Source of the DNA: an uncultured Chthonomonadaceae bacterium
Lineage (GTDB): Bacteria > Armatimonadota > Chthonomonadetes > Chthonomonadales > Chthonomonadaceae
DNA length: 64,000 nucleotides
Assembly: GCA_963817895.1 (NCBI GenBank)
Contig: CAWFQB010000002.1
Location: forward strand, 192,001 to 256,000
Direction of reading: 5' to 3'
The notes below the pieces were generated by a model. The model saw nothing but the letters and a program-made list of their open reading frames with translations, did not search any database and was not told where the DNA came from. Below, one piece after another: positions 33,835 to 44,154 of the stretch. The position numbers and the translations under genes were made by a program. Within the stretch, counting starts at the first letter, position 1, and each line of letters starts with the position of its first letter.

Positions 33835-34536
33835 TTAGTTCGTGCCTCCGCCTGCCGTATGATACCCGGCTTTAATCGCCTCCGATTCCGTCATGTATTT
33901 GCCTTCTTTGGTCTTTCCAAAATAGCGCGTTCCCGGACGCCAGTACGCGCCTGATTTTGTGTTCACCCACACTTGCCCATCGGTTGCGCCTGTTGGCGCA
34001 GAAGCAGATGCGTTCTTTTCTGATCGCGTCCGGCGTCCGTTGCGCGCCTTCGTCAAGGGCTGATCTGTGTGAAAGTATTTCTTGTAGGCCGCAATCCAGT
34101 CCCGTGCGATGTCCTGTTGCGCCGTCTTGATGTCGATCTTGCCTGAACAGATTTCCGAGTGCAGTTCGTTTTCAAGGGCATCTTTGACATGTGCGTTCCA
34201 GGGTTCACTTTTATACAATTCAGGCCACAGATTTTTGATGCTGTTGTTGCCGCCAAGTTCCAGCGATATGAGGTGATCCACTTCATACTCGCCAGGCGCG
34301 TGGCTCGTAATGCCATACTCTTGATACACCTGATTTTTCACGGCTTGTGGGACATTTCGGACTTTCTTCGTGTAGCCAGAAACGCAGATGTCGGCTTTCG
34401 TGACATCCAACGCATCGCCCGGCGTCATCTTGGGATCGGGCAGAATGGGCGGGTTGTTGCCGCGTTGGGCCAGGCCAGAAGAAGCGAGGGCGAGAACGAT
34501 GCCTGCGGCGGCAAAGAGGTTGGTTCGGAGGCGCAT
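33835..34536 (-). CDS. Secreted HNH-like protein with small C-terminal domain
   Basis: Signal peptide; YEVDHLISLELGG.N...NLWPE; VWVNTKSGAYW...TKEGKYMTE. Confidence 0.7.
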   Translation of the reverse strand: MRLRTNLFAAAGIVLALASSGLAQRGNNPPILPDPKMTPGDALDVTKADICVSGYTKKVRNVPQAVKNQVYQEYGITSHAPGEYEVDHLISLELGGNNSIKNLWPELYKSEPWNAHVKDALENELHSEICSGKIDIKTAQQDIARDWIAAYKKYFHTDQPLTKARNGRRTRSEKNASASAPTGATDGQVWVNTKSGAYWRPGTRYFGKTKEGKYMTESEAIKAGYHTAGGGTN

Positions 34537-34580
34537 AAAATGTCCTTTCATGCTTACATATTATTGTACTCTCAAGCGTA

Positions 34581-35609
34581 TTAGAAACGCGAAGGCGGCA
34601 TGTCCGTTCTTGGCAGGCGGAAGAACTCGCAATCTACCGCTTCGTTCGTTCCACAGTAGATTTTTCTGAACTTGCAGTACACAGGCGCGGTGACATCTTC
34701 ATTGCGGTTCTGTCCTTCGTAGCGGCACAACAGGCAGTTACGAATCCGTATGCCCTGCTTGTGTGTTTCTTCTACTAATTTCTTGAACACATCGCCGCGG
34801 CCCATCGGATATACCGTTCGCTTGGAATCAATGAGTTTGCGGTAGATCGTTTTCTCTTTTGTCTTGTGGATTTTGTCCTGAATAAACGACAAAGAACCTT
34901 CTTCCAGATAACATCTGCCTGAATCGAACACGAAAAAGCATAAAAACTCTTTCGTCGCGCACAAACAGTCTGCGTCTGTTGCTGCCACTAAGCGCTTGCC
35001 GAGGTTGAGGAAGGCAGCATGTTTTTCATTGATGTAGCGGTCGATGATAGGGGTGATGTCGTCCTCGGTTGCAATCGGTATTTCGATGATGCGATTGGAC
35101 GAGGCTTGCTTCTTCTCGGAAAGGAAGTGCGTCACGGCTATCTCGATATACACCTTCTGGCGCTCGTCTGCGGTGTTGTAGATCAGCAGGTCAGGGATAA
35201 AACTGTCATCTCGCTTTTCCATGCGGATGCCATTGAAACGCGCAGTCAGGTCGTGTTTCTTCGACACGGTTCCGGCGTCACAATCATGGCCCAAGAGGTC
35301 GTAAAACCGTTGACATTGCTTGGAATGCTGACGCCCAATACGAAAGGGAATGTTTTGCTCTAAACACTCCTTGTAGACGTTGTAGAAGGTTGTCTTTGCC
35401 AGTCGGTGCAGATAGGTTTCTGGCGCGCACACCACCCGCTGTTTGTGCGCGAAGTGCTTTTCCTTCTTCTCCCCTTTTGTCTTGGCGATCAAGGGTTCTC
35501 CACAGCCGACGCAGGTGAATGGCCCAAGCGGTTCACTTCTGTCCGCAGGCAGGGTGAGAATATCAACAATCTGCTCTTGTTCGTTGTGGGCGTAGCGAAA
35601 TTGTGGCAT
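34581..35609 (-). CDS. CoiA-like zinc-ribbon plus PD-(D/E)XK nuclease protein
   Basis: CVGC...HFAH...ETYLHRLAK; FIPDLL...YIEIAVTH; C-terminal Cys cluster. Confidence 0.7.
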   Translation of the reverse strand: MPQFRYAHNEQEQIVDILTLPADRSEPLGPFTCVGCGEPLIAKTKGEKKEKHFAHKQRVVCAPETYLHRLAKTTFYNVYKECLEQNIPFRIGRQHSKQCQRFYDLLGHDCDAGTVSKKHDLTARFNGIRMEKRDDSFIPDLLIYNTADERQKVYIEIAVTHFLSEKKQASSNRIIEIPIATEDDITPIIDRYINEKHAAFLNLGKRLVAATDADCLCATKEFLCFFVFDSGRCYLEEGSLSFIQDKIHKTKEKTIYRKLIDSKRTVYPMGRGDVFKKLVEETHKQGIRIRNCLLCRYEGQNRNEDVTAPVYCKFRKIYCGTNEAVDCEFFRLPRTDMPPSRF

Positions 35610-35735
35610 GGCTGTTTTGACGTGAGCATGGTCAGAAATTTTCTGACCATGCTCACCCAGAATAACTATTGCAGAATAGCCGTAATTACATCCCCTGTCC
35701 AATCGAATCCGAATTGGAAGCGAGAGCCATCCAGA

Positions 35736-36911
35736 TTATGCACCTATGGCGAGATTTGCTAGTAACTCAAAAGCAAATGCGCTTGCATGGTCGGCTGCTG
35801 CCTCTTGCGATCCAGAGGCGTCCGAGGCAGATTTGTGATCAATCATATCAGATATGCCACGAATCAAAATGGCGTCCACGTTTTGATTGACATGTGCTGC
35901 CTGAAGAAACCCACGCCCCTCCATTTCTACAGCAACCGCATCTCCATAAGTCGCACGAAGGAAGCGATACGTTTCAGAACGTGTATCCGCGACAACTTGC
36001 TCGCCTGCGGCGATTGGTTTGACATAGGCTTGTGGCGAGTGAGATGAAACAGGGCTATGGATGCGTTTGAGCCATTGTGTCCCGCGCGCTTCGGCACGGG
36101 CATGTTGTTCCATGCGATACGTAGAACGAAACACTTCGGGGCGTGGTTGAAACTCCACGTTGGATTTGCCTGCCTCGTATCCGTATACCTTCGTGGCGGC
36201 GACTACATCTCCGAGTTGGACATCCTTAATACCCCCGCCAACGCCAACAAACATGACTACCTGCGGTGTAAAGAAACTTATGGCTCGCTCAGTCTCAATA
36301 CCAGCACCGGGATTACCTGGGCCGGTTTCGACGACTACAACTTGCCATGATTTGTCGGAAGTTGGAAATGTGCCTTGCTCATAAAGCGTTCCCTGCGGAT
36401 GAGGCACACGCGATAAATTTTCCAGATGCGTGGCAACTGCGCGAAATTCTACAGGCAACGCAGTCAACATCACTGCACAACGTTGCTTTTGAATCAAGAC
36501 TGGTGATGGAGATGAAAGTGTCTGTGGGCCTGTGCTGGACAGGTTATTCACCTGCGAACTGTTAGTGGTTCCTTGTTGAACTGGTGAGTTGCTGACACTG
36601 CCATAAACGTTTATGACATTGCTTGGGTTGGAGTTTGAGGATGAAGTCATGTGTTTACTCGCTGTCATTTCTTGATAAAGTGCGCGCCCGCCCCATTGGA
36701 TAACTGTGGCTCCGCCTATTCCACCAATCGTTTTGACGGCGCTCTTACTACCCAAAAATTGGAGCGCATCAAGAAAGTCTCTCTCCGATATAGGGTTCTC
36801 GGAGACAAGGTAATCGTATAAACTTTGATTGGAAACAGACCTATCACGATCTGGGTTAGCCTCATTCAATGCTGCCAAAACTCGCAACGCATTTTGTTCA
36901 ATCGGGTTCAA
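35736..36911 (-). CDS. PNP_UDP_1 (MTA/SAH nucleosidase-like) effector with N-terminal wHTH-like domain and N/S/Q-rich linker
   Basis: [36 protein letters not shown]. Confidence 0.85.
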   Translation of the reverse strand: MNPIEQNALRVLAALNEANPDRDRSVSNQSLYDYLVSENPISERDFLDALQFLGSKSAVKTIGGIGGATVIQWGGRALYQEMTASKHMTSSSNSNPSNVINVYGSVSNSPVQQGTTNSSQVNNLSSTGPQTLSSPSPVLIQKQRCAVMLTALPVEFRAVATHLENLSRVPHPQGTLYEQGTFPTSDKSWQVVVVETGPGNPGAGIETERAISFFTPQVVMFVGVGGGIKDVQLGDVVAATKVYGYEAGKSNVEFQPRPEVFRSTYRMEQHARAEARGTQWLKRIHSPVSSHSPQAYVKPIAAGEQVVADTRSETYRFLRATYGDAVAVEMEGRGFLQAAHVNQNVDAILIRGISDMIDHKSASDASGSQEAAADHASAFAFELLANLAIGA

Positions 36912-38503
36912 CTCTCGGCCTTTCCCTCTTGGTTGTCGAACGTTGTGTCTTCCGGCAGCGTCTCCGATCTAATGTTCGTAGTCTGTGTACTACCACTTGT
37001 TGCCAATTGTACTGGTGAGTTCACCATGCTGCCATAGTTGTTTAGGACGTTTTGAGGTGCGGCGGACTGCAAATCCTGTCGGAGCGTGTAGAACTGATGA
37101 CTGCGGCGTGCAGCATCCTCAAAGGTTTGCCCTTCCAGCAACTTGCCGAAGCCGGATTGCCAGTTTCTATCGGTCAAGTACGTGGTACGAACAACAGCCT
37201 TCTTACCCATTCGCTTTGGATACAGTTCAAGCATACTGCGTTGAAATCGCTGTACAAAGCGTTCCAGCAATTCTATCATATTGGCGCTGTTTACATTCAA
37301 ATCAACGACTGTATACGCGCTGTATGCTCCGGCAGGCGAAATGGACATCTCAATAGGCCCTGTCTTCACCATGTACACCGGCCCCTCAAAGCCATATACC
37401 TTACTCAGCCAGCGGTCAGGAAAATTGATGTCTTGGAGTGAGAAAACTTGATCTTTCACGGAGGGTATCACGAGTTCCAACAACTCTGTGTCACCGAAAG
37501 GCAGGAGTTCGCCTGCTTCGGTTTCAAAGAAAAACTCCACAAGTAAAGTCGCCCATTTAGGAGATGGTTGGTTTGATGTCGAGGCAATCTCGACAGGGCG
37601 TAGATTTGTGTCCTCTCCGTTGACGGACAAGCAGAAAGCAGGAAAGTCGGAATATGGTTGGTTGAACAGGGAGTATACTTTCTGTGTGAGCGGCGCTCCC
37701 AAACTGCTCAATTCACTCAAGATAGCACTGTCAAGTTCTGTGAGGCGAGCAGAAAATTCTACGTAGCGATTAGATCGGCAATGCCCACGCGGGTATAGCA
37801 CCGGAATCGGTTTGCATTCCGTTGGAACTTCCACCACTTCTCGAACGCGCGCCGGATCAGTAAGTGTAAGGTTGGCCTCTTTTCCCGTCCGGGGTATCTG
37901 ATCAAATAGTTCCGAGGCTCCCACACTGTATATCCATTGCTCAGGGTTCAAACTGCAATTAGCAAAACCATTGTCCATGCCATACACCCACGGCTGATCA
38001 TCAGGGGATTGCATCTCAATTTCGGGTATGGGAATCTGGATAGAAGGGGGATTGGCTAATTCCAAATTGAAACCCAATGTCGATGTTGGATACACAAAGC
38101 CCAACATCAAATCATCCCGTTCAAAAGGTATACTGCCCGCAGGCAGAAAAGCGGGGGACGGAGTCATACGTACTCCTGGCCTGCCATCCTCGGAAACAGC
38201 ATATTCACTGTCAAACCGATAAGGTGAATACGCTTTCGGCAAATACCAGTAAGCATACGAGGACAGCCATCCCCTTCCCGTAACCTGACTTCCAAGTTCG
38301 AGTTCACCTGCACTCACAGCAACACTCAGCGCAACGACATCTTCAAAACTTTTGGCAGCACGTCCTTGTCTTATGTTGGTTCCAATCCGTAATGATTGAA
38401 CGAGTTCGCGCAAGCCTGTGTAGAATCGCAATAAGTGTTGTATGTACTCATTCGTCAAAGTAGGGCACCCCTGGATTGAACTTCCCTTGTGCATATAGAT
38501 CAT
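36908..38503 (-). CDS. Hypothetical protein with C-terminal amyloid/RHIM-like motif (start uncertain)
   Basis: 531-aa ORF; stop overlaps the PNP gene ATG; tail [23 protein letters not shown]. Confidence 0.7.
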   Translation of the reverse strand: MIYMHKGSSIQGCPTLTNEYIQHLLRFYTGLRELVQSLRIGTNIRQGRAAKSFEDVVALSVAVSAGELELGSQVTGRGWLSSYAYWYLPKAYSPYRFDSEYAVSEDGRPGVRMTPSPAFLPAGSIPFERDDLMLGFVYPTSTLGFNLELANPPSIQIPIPEIEMQSPDDQPWVYGMDNGFANCSLNPEQWIYSVGASELFDQIPRTGKEANLTLTDPARVREVVEVPTECKPIPVLYPRGHCRSNRYVEFSARLTELDSAILSELSSLGAPLTQKVYSLFNQPYSDFPAFCLSVNGEDTNLRPVEIASTSNQPSPKWATLLVEFFFETEAGELLPFGDTELLELVIPSVKDQVFSLQDINFPDRWLSKVYGFEGPVYMVKTGPIEMSISPAGAYSAYTVVDLNVNSANMIELLERFVQRFQRSMLELYPKRMGKKAVVRTTYLTDRNWQSGFGKLLEGQTFEDAARRSHQFYTLRQDLQSAAPQNVLNNYGSMVNSPVQLATSGSTQTTNIRSETLPEDTTFDNQEGKAES

Positions 38504-39320
38504 CTAGCCGCTTTAGAATGGAAGGCCATTGTCCGAAAAACTTGGGAAGGATTGGTTGTAACGTTAGCGTTGATTCGTGATCAGAGTATTCTATGAGGCG
38601 ATAGTCACTCGTATCGAACCACTTTGCAAAAGCCGCAGCAGAGATATGAAAGCGGCGCTCATCCCCCTCAAAAACAATGCCCATCAAATAAGGGGGTTGC
38701 GACCCATCCGGTGTCGGCCTCATCCATAGCCCGAACTGAAAAGACGACTGCAACGTTTCCGGCAAAGGCTCTCGGCATGGGCCCAGAAATTGTTTGTCCC
38801 ATCGGGAACCATCTGGGTCTACTCCTGAAACAGGAATGATAAGTTCAGCACCGGGAGCAACACTCCCGTCCACCTCAAACATCCAGGGGCGGATTACTTC
38901 ACTTTTTGAAACTCGTGCGCCGGGAAATAAGGATAGGGTTAGGAATGACCGCTCACCTTCGGGCTGCATCAGCACCCACCCCATTGTGCTCAGGTCTCTA
39001 TCATTTGCTAACGAAGAAGCCTCGATAGCCCATTTTTGATTGTCGCCTTCGACAATGATTGCGTACAGGAAAGGAACTGCCATACTGTCAGGAGCAGCGT
39101 ACAGACCCAGCGTGAAACCTTCAAAAGCCGGGGTGGTAAGCGGCAGGCGTTGAGGATTAGTGTACTCTTTATGCCAGGGCATTCCAGCAGCAATGCTGCC
39201 ATTTACACCGATGACGACTTTTGCCCCATCAGGAATGTCTCCGTCGATGGAAATTAGATATGGGCGGTGTACATCACTTCTGCCAATAAAACGTTTTATT
39301 GTTGAACTCCTTTTTATCAA
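38448..39320 (-). CDS. Hypothetical protein with two tandem homologous domains
   Basis: 290-aa ORF overlapping the next gene; internal duplication visible in the translation. Confidence 0.65.
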   Translation of the reverse strand: MIKRSSTIKRFIGRSDVHRPYLISIDGDIPDGAKVVIGVNGSIAAGMPWHKEYTNPQRLPLTTPAFEGFTLGLYAAPDSMAVPFLYAIIVEGDNQKWAIEASSLANDRDLSTMGWVLMQPEGERSFLTLSLFPGARVSKSEVIRPWMFEVDGSVAPGAELIIPVSGVDPDGSRWDKQFLGPCREPLPETLQSSFQFGLWMRPTPDGSQPPYLMGIVFEGDERRFHISAAAFAKWFDTSDYRLIEYSDHESTLTLQPILPKFFGQWPSILKRLDDLYAQGKFNPGVPYFDE

Positions 39321-39430
39321 AGCGAGTTGTCAAGAGGCGCGATTTACCCATCATTGTACTCGCCATGTAGGATGTCGATAATTTACCTAATATTGTACTT
39401 CATCTGATGAAGTTATAGTAGACAGAAGTT

Positions 39431-39460
39431 GCAAGAGCCGAAGAAACTTTCGGCTCTTGC
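39431..39460. terminator. 12-bp inverted repeat
   Basis: GCAAGAGCCGAA-gaaact-TTCGGCTCTTGC downstream of the YARHG gene. Confidence 0.55.
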
Positions 39461-39622
39461 GACGGAATAGAATCTGTCAATTGGCACACTTTCGGCACAC
39501 CATGAGAACATAGTTCACGCCCTACGCACTATGTATCATTAGTCTGCTCGTCTCGCAATTAGGTGACTCGCAACCGGAAATGCTCGTCGTCCTTTGCCAT
39601 TTTGTTCCTCTCGGTTGCATCC

Positions 39623-40270
39623 TCACCGATGCCTGCGGTAGTAACCGTGAACATGCACGACCTTACCCGTTTTGGTATGGCGATAGTAGTCTCGCACATG
39701 AACCGTCCGGCTGCCATGCCCATGCGTCCAGCCCGTCGAAAGTACAGGATCATTAGTAGAACCTACAGGACGCGCATAATCGTGTGCGTTGCTCTCGTCA
39801 TTAGGGCCAGCGCTGTTCCCACCCACATGCAGGCTGCCAGAGGTAGAGGACGAACCCGTATGGCTGGCCCGACGCAGCACTGTTGTACTGTGCGTTGAAG
39901 TTGACGGCGTGACAATGGAGCCAGAGGGGAGCCGATGTTCCACGCGCGCGATAGTTTCAGCGTTGCGTTCCTCGACTACCGAAATGCTTGGCTCTCGATT
40001 GCTTGATGATGGAATGTACCAGGGCTGGTGATTGAAGTAATTTTGCAGCCAGGCAGTTTGGAAGCGCCGTCCATGCCGCGCGTAGATGGTGTTGCGGAGC
40101 AGACACAACTGGTCACGGCTCAACCCGGAGAGAGCGGCTTCGTCCACAGGCTTGTTGAGGTTGATGGTGGGAATACGTATCTGCGAACGATCCTGAGCAT
40201 GACTGGCAAAACCTAAAACGGAGAGCCAGGCAATAATGAGGATGAGGAACGGTGAGCGTCGCATCTGCAT
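39623..40270 (-). CDS. Secreted YARHG-domain protein
   Basis: Signal peptide; LRNTIYARHGRRF...YF...WY. Confidence 0.88.
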   Translation of the reverse strand: MQMRRSPFLILIIAWLSVLGFASHAQDRSQIRIPTINLNKPVDEAALSGLSRDQLCLLRNTIYARHGRRFQTAWLQNYFNHQPWYIPSSSNREPSISVVEERNAETIARVEHRLPSGSIVTPSTSTHSTTVLRRASHTGSSSTSGSLHVGGNSAGPNDESNAHDYARPVGSTNDPVLSTGWTHGHGSRTVHVRDYYRHTKTGKVVHVHGYYRRHR

Positions 40271-40330
40271 TTCTCCTTTTTGCGCGCACAAACGGGTATG
40301 TGGTTTCGGTACATCCCTCTGACACATTGA

Positions 40331-40687
40331 TTAGTGCATCTTGAACGGTTCTCCATGTGGTTCGGGAGTAAGATCAGGACGGCTGGAATCCTGAATAACC
40401 TCGTGGACTTCCAGTTTGTTCTGGGCCGTGAATGCTTCCTTTGGCAAAGAGCCAGACTTCGCATGTCCCTGCATAAATTCATCGGAGTGTATCCACGCCT
40501 CGAAGTCGGCACGCGCATTCCACAGAGTCAAAACGATGTAGGGATCGCCGGGGTTGACAGGGCGTAAAACTTGGTTAGAGATAAACCCCGGCATCCCATC
40601 CACAAGGCCCGCACGCTTGCGGAAGGCTTCTTCAAACTGTTCGGCAAATTCGGACGCTACGAAGATGCGGTTGGCAACAGTAATCAT
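40331..40687 (-). CDS. ABM monooxygenase (IsdG/HmoA-like)
   Basis: NRI.V, FEEAF..R, MPGF, W...ADFEAW..S..F..GH. Confidence 0.85.
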   Translation of the reverse strand: MITVANRIFVASEFAEQFEEAFRKRAGLVDGMPGFISNQVLRPVNPGDPYIVLTLWNARADFEAWIHSDEFMQGHAKSGSLPKEAFTAQNKLEVHEVIQDSSRPDLTPEPHGEPFKMH

Positions 40688-40715
40688 TTCTATCTCCTTT
40701 GAACCTCAAATGGTC

Positions 40716-40943
40716 TTACAGAGTGGTAGGGATCGTCAAATATGTGTGTTCAAAGCGCTCGATCTCATGGTAAGTGACCTTGACAACGCGATGAGTGCTG
40801 GCAAGGTCGCCGTCCTCGTTCTCGGCGCAACGGGCCAGTTCGATCAAGCAGCCGATTTGTACCACCATGTACAGGCCAGCCGGAATCTCACCCAGATTAA
40901 CAGGCAGGCGCAGCACATCGCCGGGATTTAGGTTGTGGAACAT
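40716..40943 (-). CDS. Hypothetical protein
   Basis: 75-aa ORF co-oriented with neighbours; no motif recognised. Confidence 0.4.
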   Translation of the reverse strand: MFHNLNPGDVLRLPVNLGEIPAGLYMVVQIGCLIELARCAENEDGDLASTHRVVKVTYHEIERFEHTYLTIPTTL

Positions 40944-41149
40944 GTTTGCTCGTCTGACATTTGCCTTCTACACAACAGGATTGCCGTTATATTCAGACGC
41001 CGTGCAAAGATATTCCTGCACGGCGTTTGTCGGAATTTATCAGGAGGATTTTGAGTTCCGTTCAGCGAAAAGAATGCGGCGTCTTGAACCATGTTTTCCA
41101 CATTTTTATGCTGTATGGTAGTGGCTTGGACAGGAGTGAGGTACTTGTA

Positions 41150-43585
41150 TTGAGCGATGATAATTTACTACAACCTGAACTGCTCAACGAAGCCGATACT
41201 TGCCGGAAGTACGTCACGCCACGCCTGCAAGCCGCAGGCTGGGAAGCCGAGCCGCACTCGCTCGTGGAGCAGTACACCTTTACCGCGGGCCGCATCCAGA
41301 TTAGGGGCCAGAAGGCGAAGCGCAAGCCCGGCAAGCGTGCCGATTATCTACTTCGCTATACCCGTGATTACCCCATCGCAGTTGTTGAGGCAAAGGCCGA
41401 AGAATTGCCCGCCGCGCAAGGCGTTGAACAGGCGAAAGAGTACGCAGAGGTGCTTGGGCTGTATTTCGCCTATTCTACAAATGGCAAAGAAATCATTGAA
41501 TTCGACTACCTGGCAGGAACGGAACAGGTTGTTGCCGACTATCCCACCCCTGCCCAATTATGGCAGCGGCTTCGGGTAGCACGCAAAGTGACTAAAGACT
41601 CCGAGGCGGTTTTGCTGTCGCCCTCCTACCATCAGGGTGTAGGTGCAACACGCTACTATCAGGACATCGCCATCCAGCGCGTACTGGAAGCCGTCCTTGC
41701 CGGACAACGCCGGGTTCTTCTCACCTGCGCTACGGGTACTGGCAAGAGCAATATCGCCTTTCAGATTGCTTGGAAGTTGTGGAATGCGCGCTGGAACCAG
41801 ACAGGCCGCCAGGGACGCCCGCGTGTTTTGTTTATTGCTGACCGCTCGGTGTTGGTTGACGACCCTATGGACAAAATGTTCGCGCCGCTCGGTACAGCGA
41901 GACACAAGATCGAAGGCAAGGCAGAGACCGGGCGCGACATCTACTTCGCCACCTATCAATCTCTTGCCGGAGACGAGCGGCGAGACGGGTTGTATCGTGA
42001 GTTCGATCCCAACTTCTTTGACCTGGTGATTGTGGATGAAGCGCATCGAGGCAGCGCACGCGAGGATTCCAACTGGCGCGACATCCTCAACCATTTTGCA
42101 CCGGCCTATCAGTTGGGTATGACCGCCAGCCCCATACGCGATTCAAATCGCGACACCTACCAGTATTTCGGCAACCCCGTTTATACATATAGTCTCAAGC
42201 AAGGAATAGATGACGGCTTCCTCGCACCGTACCGCGTTTACCGCATCCAAACTGTCTGGGATGAGATTGGCTACCGCCCCGGCAAGGGAGCCGTAGATCG
42301 ACATGGGCAGGCTATCCCCGACGAAATCTTCAAGACCAAAGACTTCGAGCGCGTCATTGTGTTGCAGGCGCGCACGGAGGCCATTGCTCGTCACCTCTCC
42401 GACTTTCTCAAGTCCACAGATCGGTTCGCCAAAACCATCGTGTTTTGCGCGAACCAGGAACACGCGCTCGCCATGCGGCAGGCGCTTATCAATGAGAACC
42501 GCGACCTGGTAAAAACCTACCCCAACTACGTTTGTCGGGTGACGGCTGACGAGGGCGACATCGGACGGGCTCATCTGTCACGCTTTCAAGAAGTGGACAC
42601 CAAAACGCCCACAATCCTGACAACGAGCCAACTGCTCACTACGGGCGTAGATGCCCCCACTTGCAAGAATGTCGTTCTCGTGCGCCCGATTGACAGCATG
42701 GTGGAATTCAAACAGATAATCGGCAGGGGAACACGGGTTCGGGAAGACTACGGCAAACTGTTCTTCAACATTCTTGATTACGCAGGTTCCGCGAGCGAAC
42801 GCTTCGCCGACCCACAATTCGATGGCGATCCGGCCCTGCTCACTGAAATAGAATTGGACGAACACGGGCAGGCCACTGAGGAGAACATCCGCGCCGCTGA
42901 GGAGAAAGAAGCCTCTGATCCCGAAGACGAAGATGCCAATGTAGGTGAGGAGGATGCCGATGAAGGTTATACTGGCGGCTACAAAGGCGGCGGGCGACGC
43001 AAGAAGTATTATGTAGACGGCGGCATCGTTCAGATTGCCAGCGAGATTGTACAGGAATTAGACGCGGATGGTAATGTCCTGCGAGTCATGCGTCTGACCG
43101 ACTACACGGCAGACAAGATGCGGATGCTGTGCGCCACGCCCGAAGAAATGCAGCAGTCATGGAGCGACCCGGTACAGCGGGGCGAGATCGTGAACGCGCT
43201 GGAAGAACGCGGCATAGATTTTGAGGAACTGGCGCGCGTAGTGGGCAAGCCGGACGCCGATCCCTTCGACGTACTCTGCCATCTCGCCTACCAAGCGCCC
43301 CTGCTCACCCGCCGTGAGCGCGCCGACCGATTGAAGCGCAGTAAGCCCGACTTCTTTGACGCCTACGGCCCTACCGCCCGTGCCATTTTGGAAGAACTAC
43401 TGGACAAGTACGCAGAGCATGGCGTGGAGCAGTTTCAAATTCCCGATGCGCTGAAAGTGCCGCCGATTTCCAACCACGGCAACATTTCGGAGATCATAAA
43501 GGCGTTTGGCGGCGCGGAGGTGTTGAGAAGCGCGGTGATGGGATTGCAAGCCATGCTGTACGAACAGGCGGGAACCGCCAGATGA
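41150..43585 (+). CDS. hsdR: Type I restriction subunit R (EcoAI/EcoEI-like)
   Basis: ADY...VVEAK nuclease motif; ATGTGKS, DEAHRG, QIIGRGTR; TTG 41150 follows GGAGTGAGG. Confidence 0.93.
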   Translation: MSDDNLLQPELLNEADTCRKYVTPRLQAAGWEAEPHSLVEQYTFTAGRIQIRGQKAKRKPGKRADYLLRYTRDYPIAVVEAKAEELPAAQGVEQAKEYAEVLGLYFAYSTNGKEIIEFDYLAGTEQVVADYPTPAQLWQRLRVARKVTKDSEAVLLSPSYHQGVGATRYYQDIAIQRVLEAVLAGQRRVLLTCATGTGKSNIAFQIAWKLWNARWNQTGRQGRPRVLFIADRSVLVDDPMDKMFAPLGTARHKIEGKAETGRDIYFATYQSLAGDERRDGLYREFDPNFFDLVIVDEAHRGSAREDSNWRDILNHFAPAYQLGMTASPIRDSNRDTYQYFGNPVYTYSLKQGIDDGFLAPYRVYRIQTVWDEIGYRPGKGAVDRHGQAIPDEIFKTKDFERVIVLQARTEAIARHLSDFLKSTDRFAKTIVFCANQEHALAMRQALINENRDLVKTYPNYVCRVTADEGDIGRAHLSRFQEVDTKTPTILTTSQLLTTGVDAPTCKNVVLVRPIDSMVEFKQIIGRGTRVREDYGKLFFNILDYAGSASERFADPQFDGDPALLTEIELDEHGQATEENIRAAEEKEASDPEDEDANVGEEDADEGYTGGYKGGGRRKKYYVDGGIVQIASEIVQELDADGNVLRVMRLTDYTADKMRMLCATPEEMQQSWSDPVQRGEIVNALEERGIDFEELARVVGKPDADPFDVLCHLAYQAPLLTRRERADRLKRSKPDFFDAYGPTARAILEELLDKYAEHGVEQFQIPDALKVPPISNHGNISEIIKAFGGAEVLRSAVMGLQAMLYEQAGTAR

Positions 43586-44154
43586 AAATCAACTTTGGTG
43601 TCTTCGGCAAGAAAGACGAATTCGCCATCGAGATTCCTGAGCCTTTTGCGGCGGCACCTGACGAACCAGAACATACAAGTGCCACTGGCATCATAGCGGA
43701 TGTCGAGGAAACCCACAGTCTTGCAAAGGCATTCCGTCAGGCAATTCAGAAGTGTGACCAAGATTTGCTGCCCATAAACTTTGAACGTTTTCCAAATGGA
43801 GCCTGCGGCGTGACCTCGCGCCTGCTGCAAAAGTACCTGCGTGAGCGTGATCAGGGCGAGTTTAATTACATCTATGGAATACGGACGTGGAAATCCCAGA
43901 GTTGGCGCTCTCACGCCTGGTTGGAACAGAACGGCTTGATTGTGGACATCACTGCGGATCAATTTTATGATATGCGACGGGCTGTGTTGGTTACAACGGA
44001 TCGCGCATGGCATACTAAGTTTCGTAAACGACGAATTTCTCGTGGCACAACATGGGAAAGGGGCAGTTGTTCGGCAGACGAAAATCTGCTTACCACCTAT
44101 CCGCACATTGCCACCCTCGCGGATGAAATTCGAGAAAAAAGTAGGAAGGATTGA
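43582..44154 (+). CDS. Hypothetical protein with papain/transglutaminase-like Cys-His-Asp pattern
   Basis: FPNGACG...SHAWLE...IVDITADQF; 4-nt overlaps with hsdR and hsdM. Confidence 0.7.
   Translation: MKINFGVFGKKDEFAIEIPEPFAAAPDEPEHTSATGIIADVEETHSLAKAFRQAIQKCDQDLLPINFERFPNGACGVTSRLLQKYLRERDQGEFNYIYGIRTWKSQSWRSHAWLEQNGLIVDITADQFYDMRRAVLVTTDRAWHTKFRKRRISRGTTWERGSCSADENLLTTYPHIATLADEIREKSRKD

Noticed and set aside
40961..41149. N-terminal extension of HsdR in the ORF track
   Set aside because: The family-like start (LNEADTCRKYV) and the RBS point to TTG 41150
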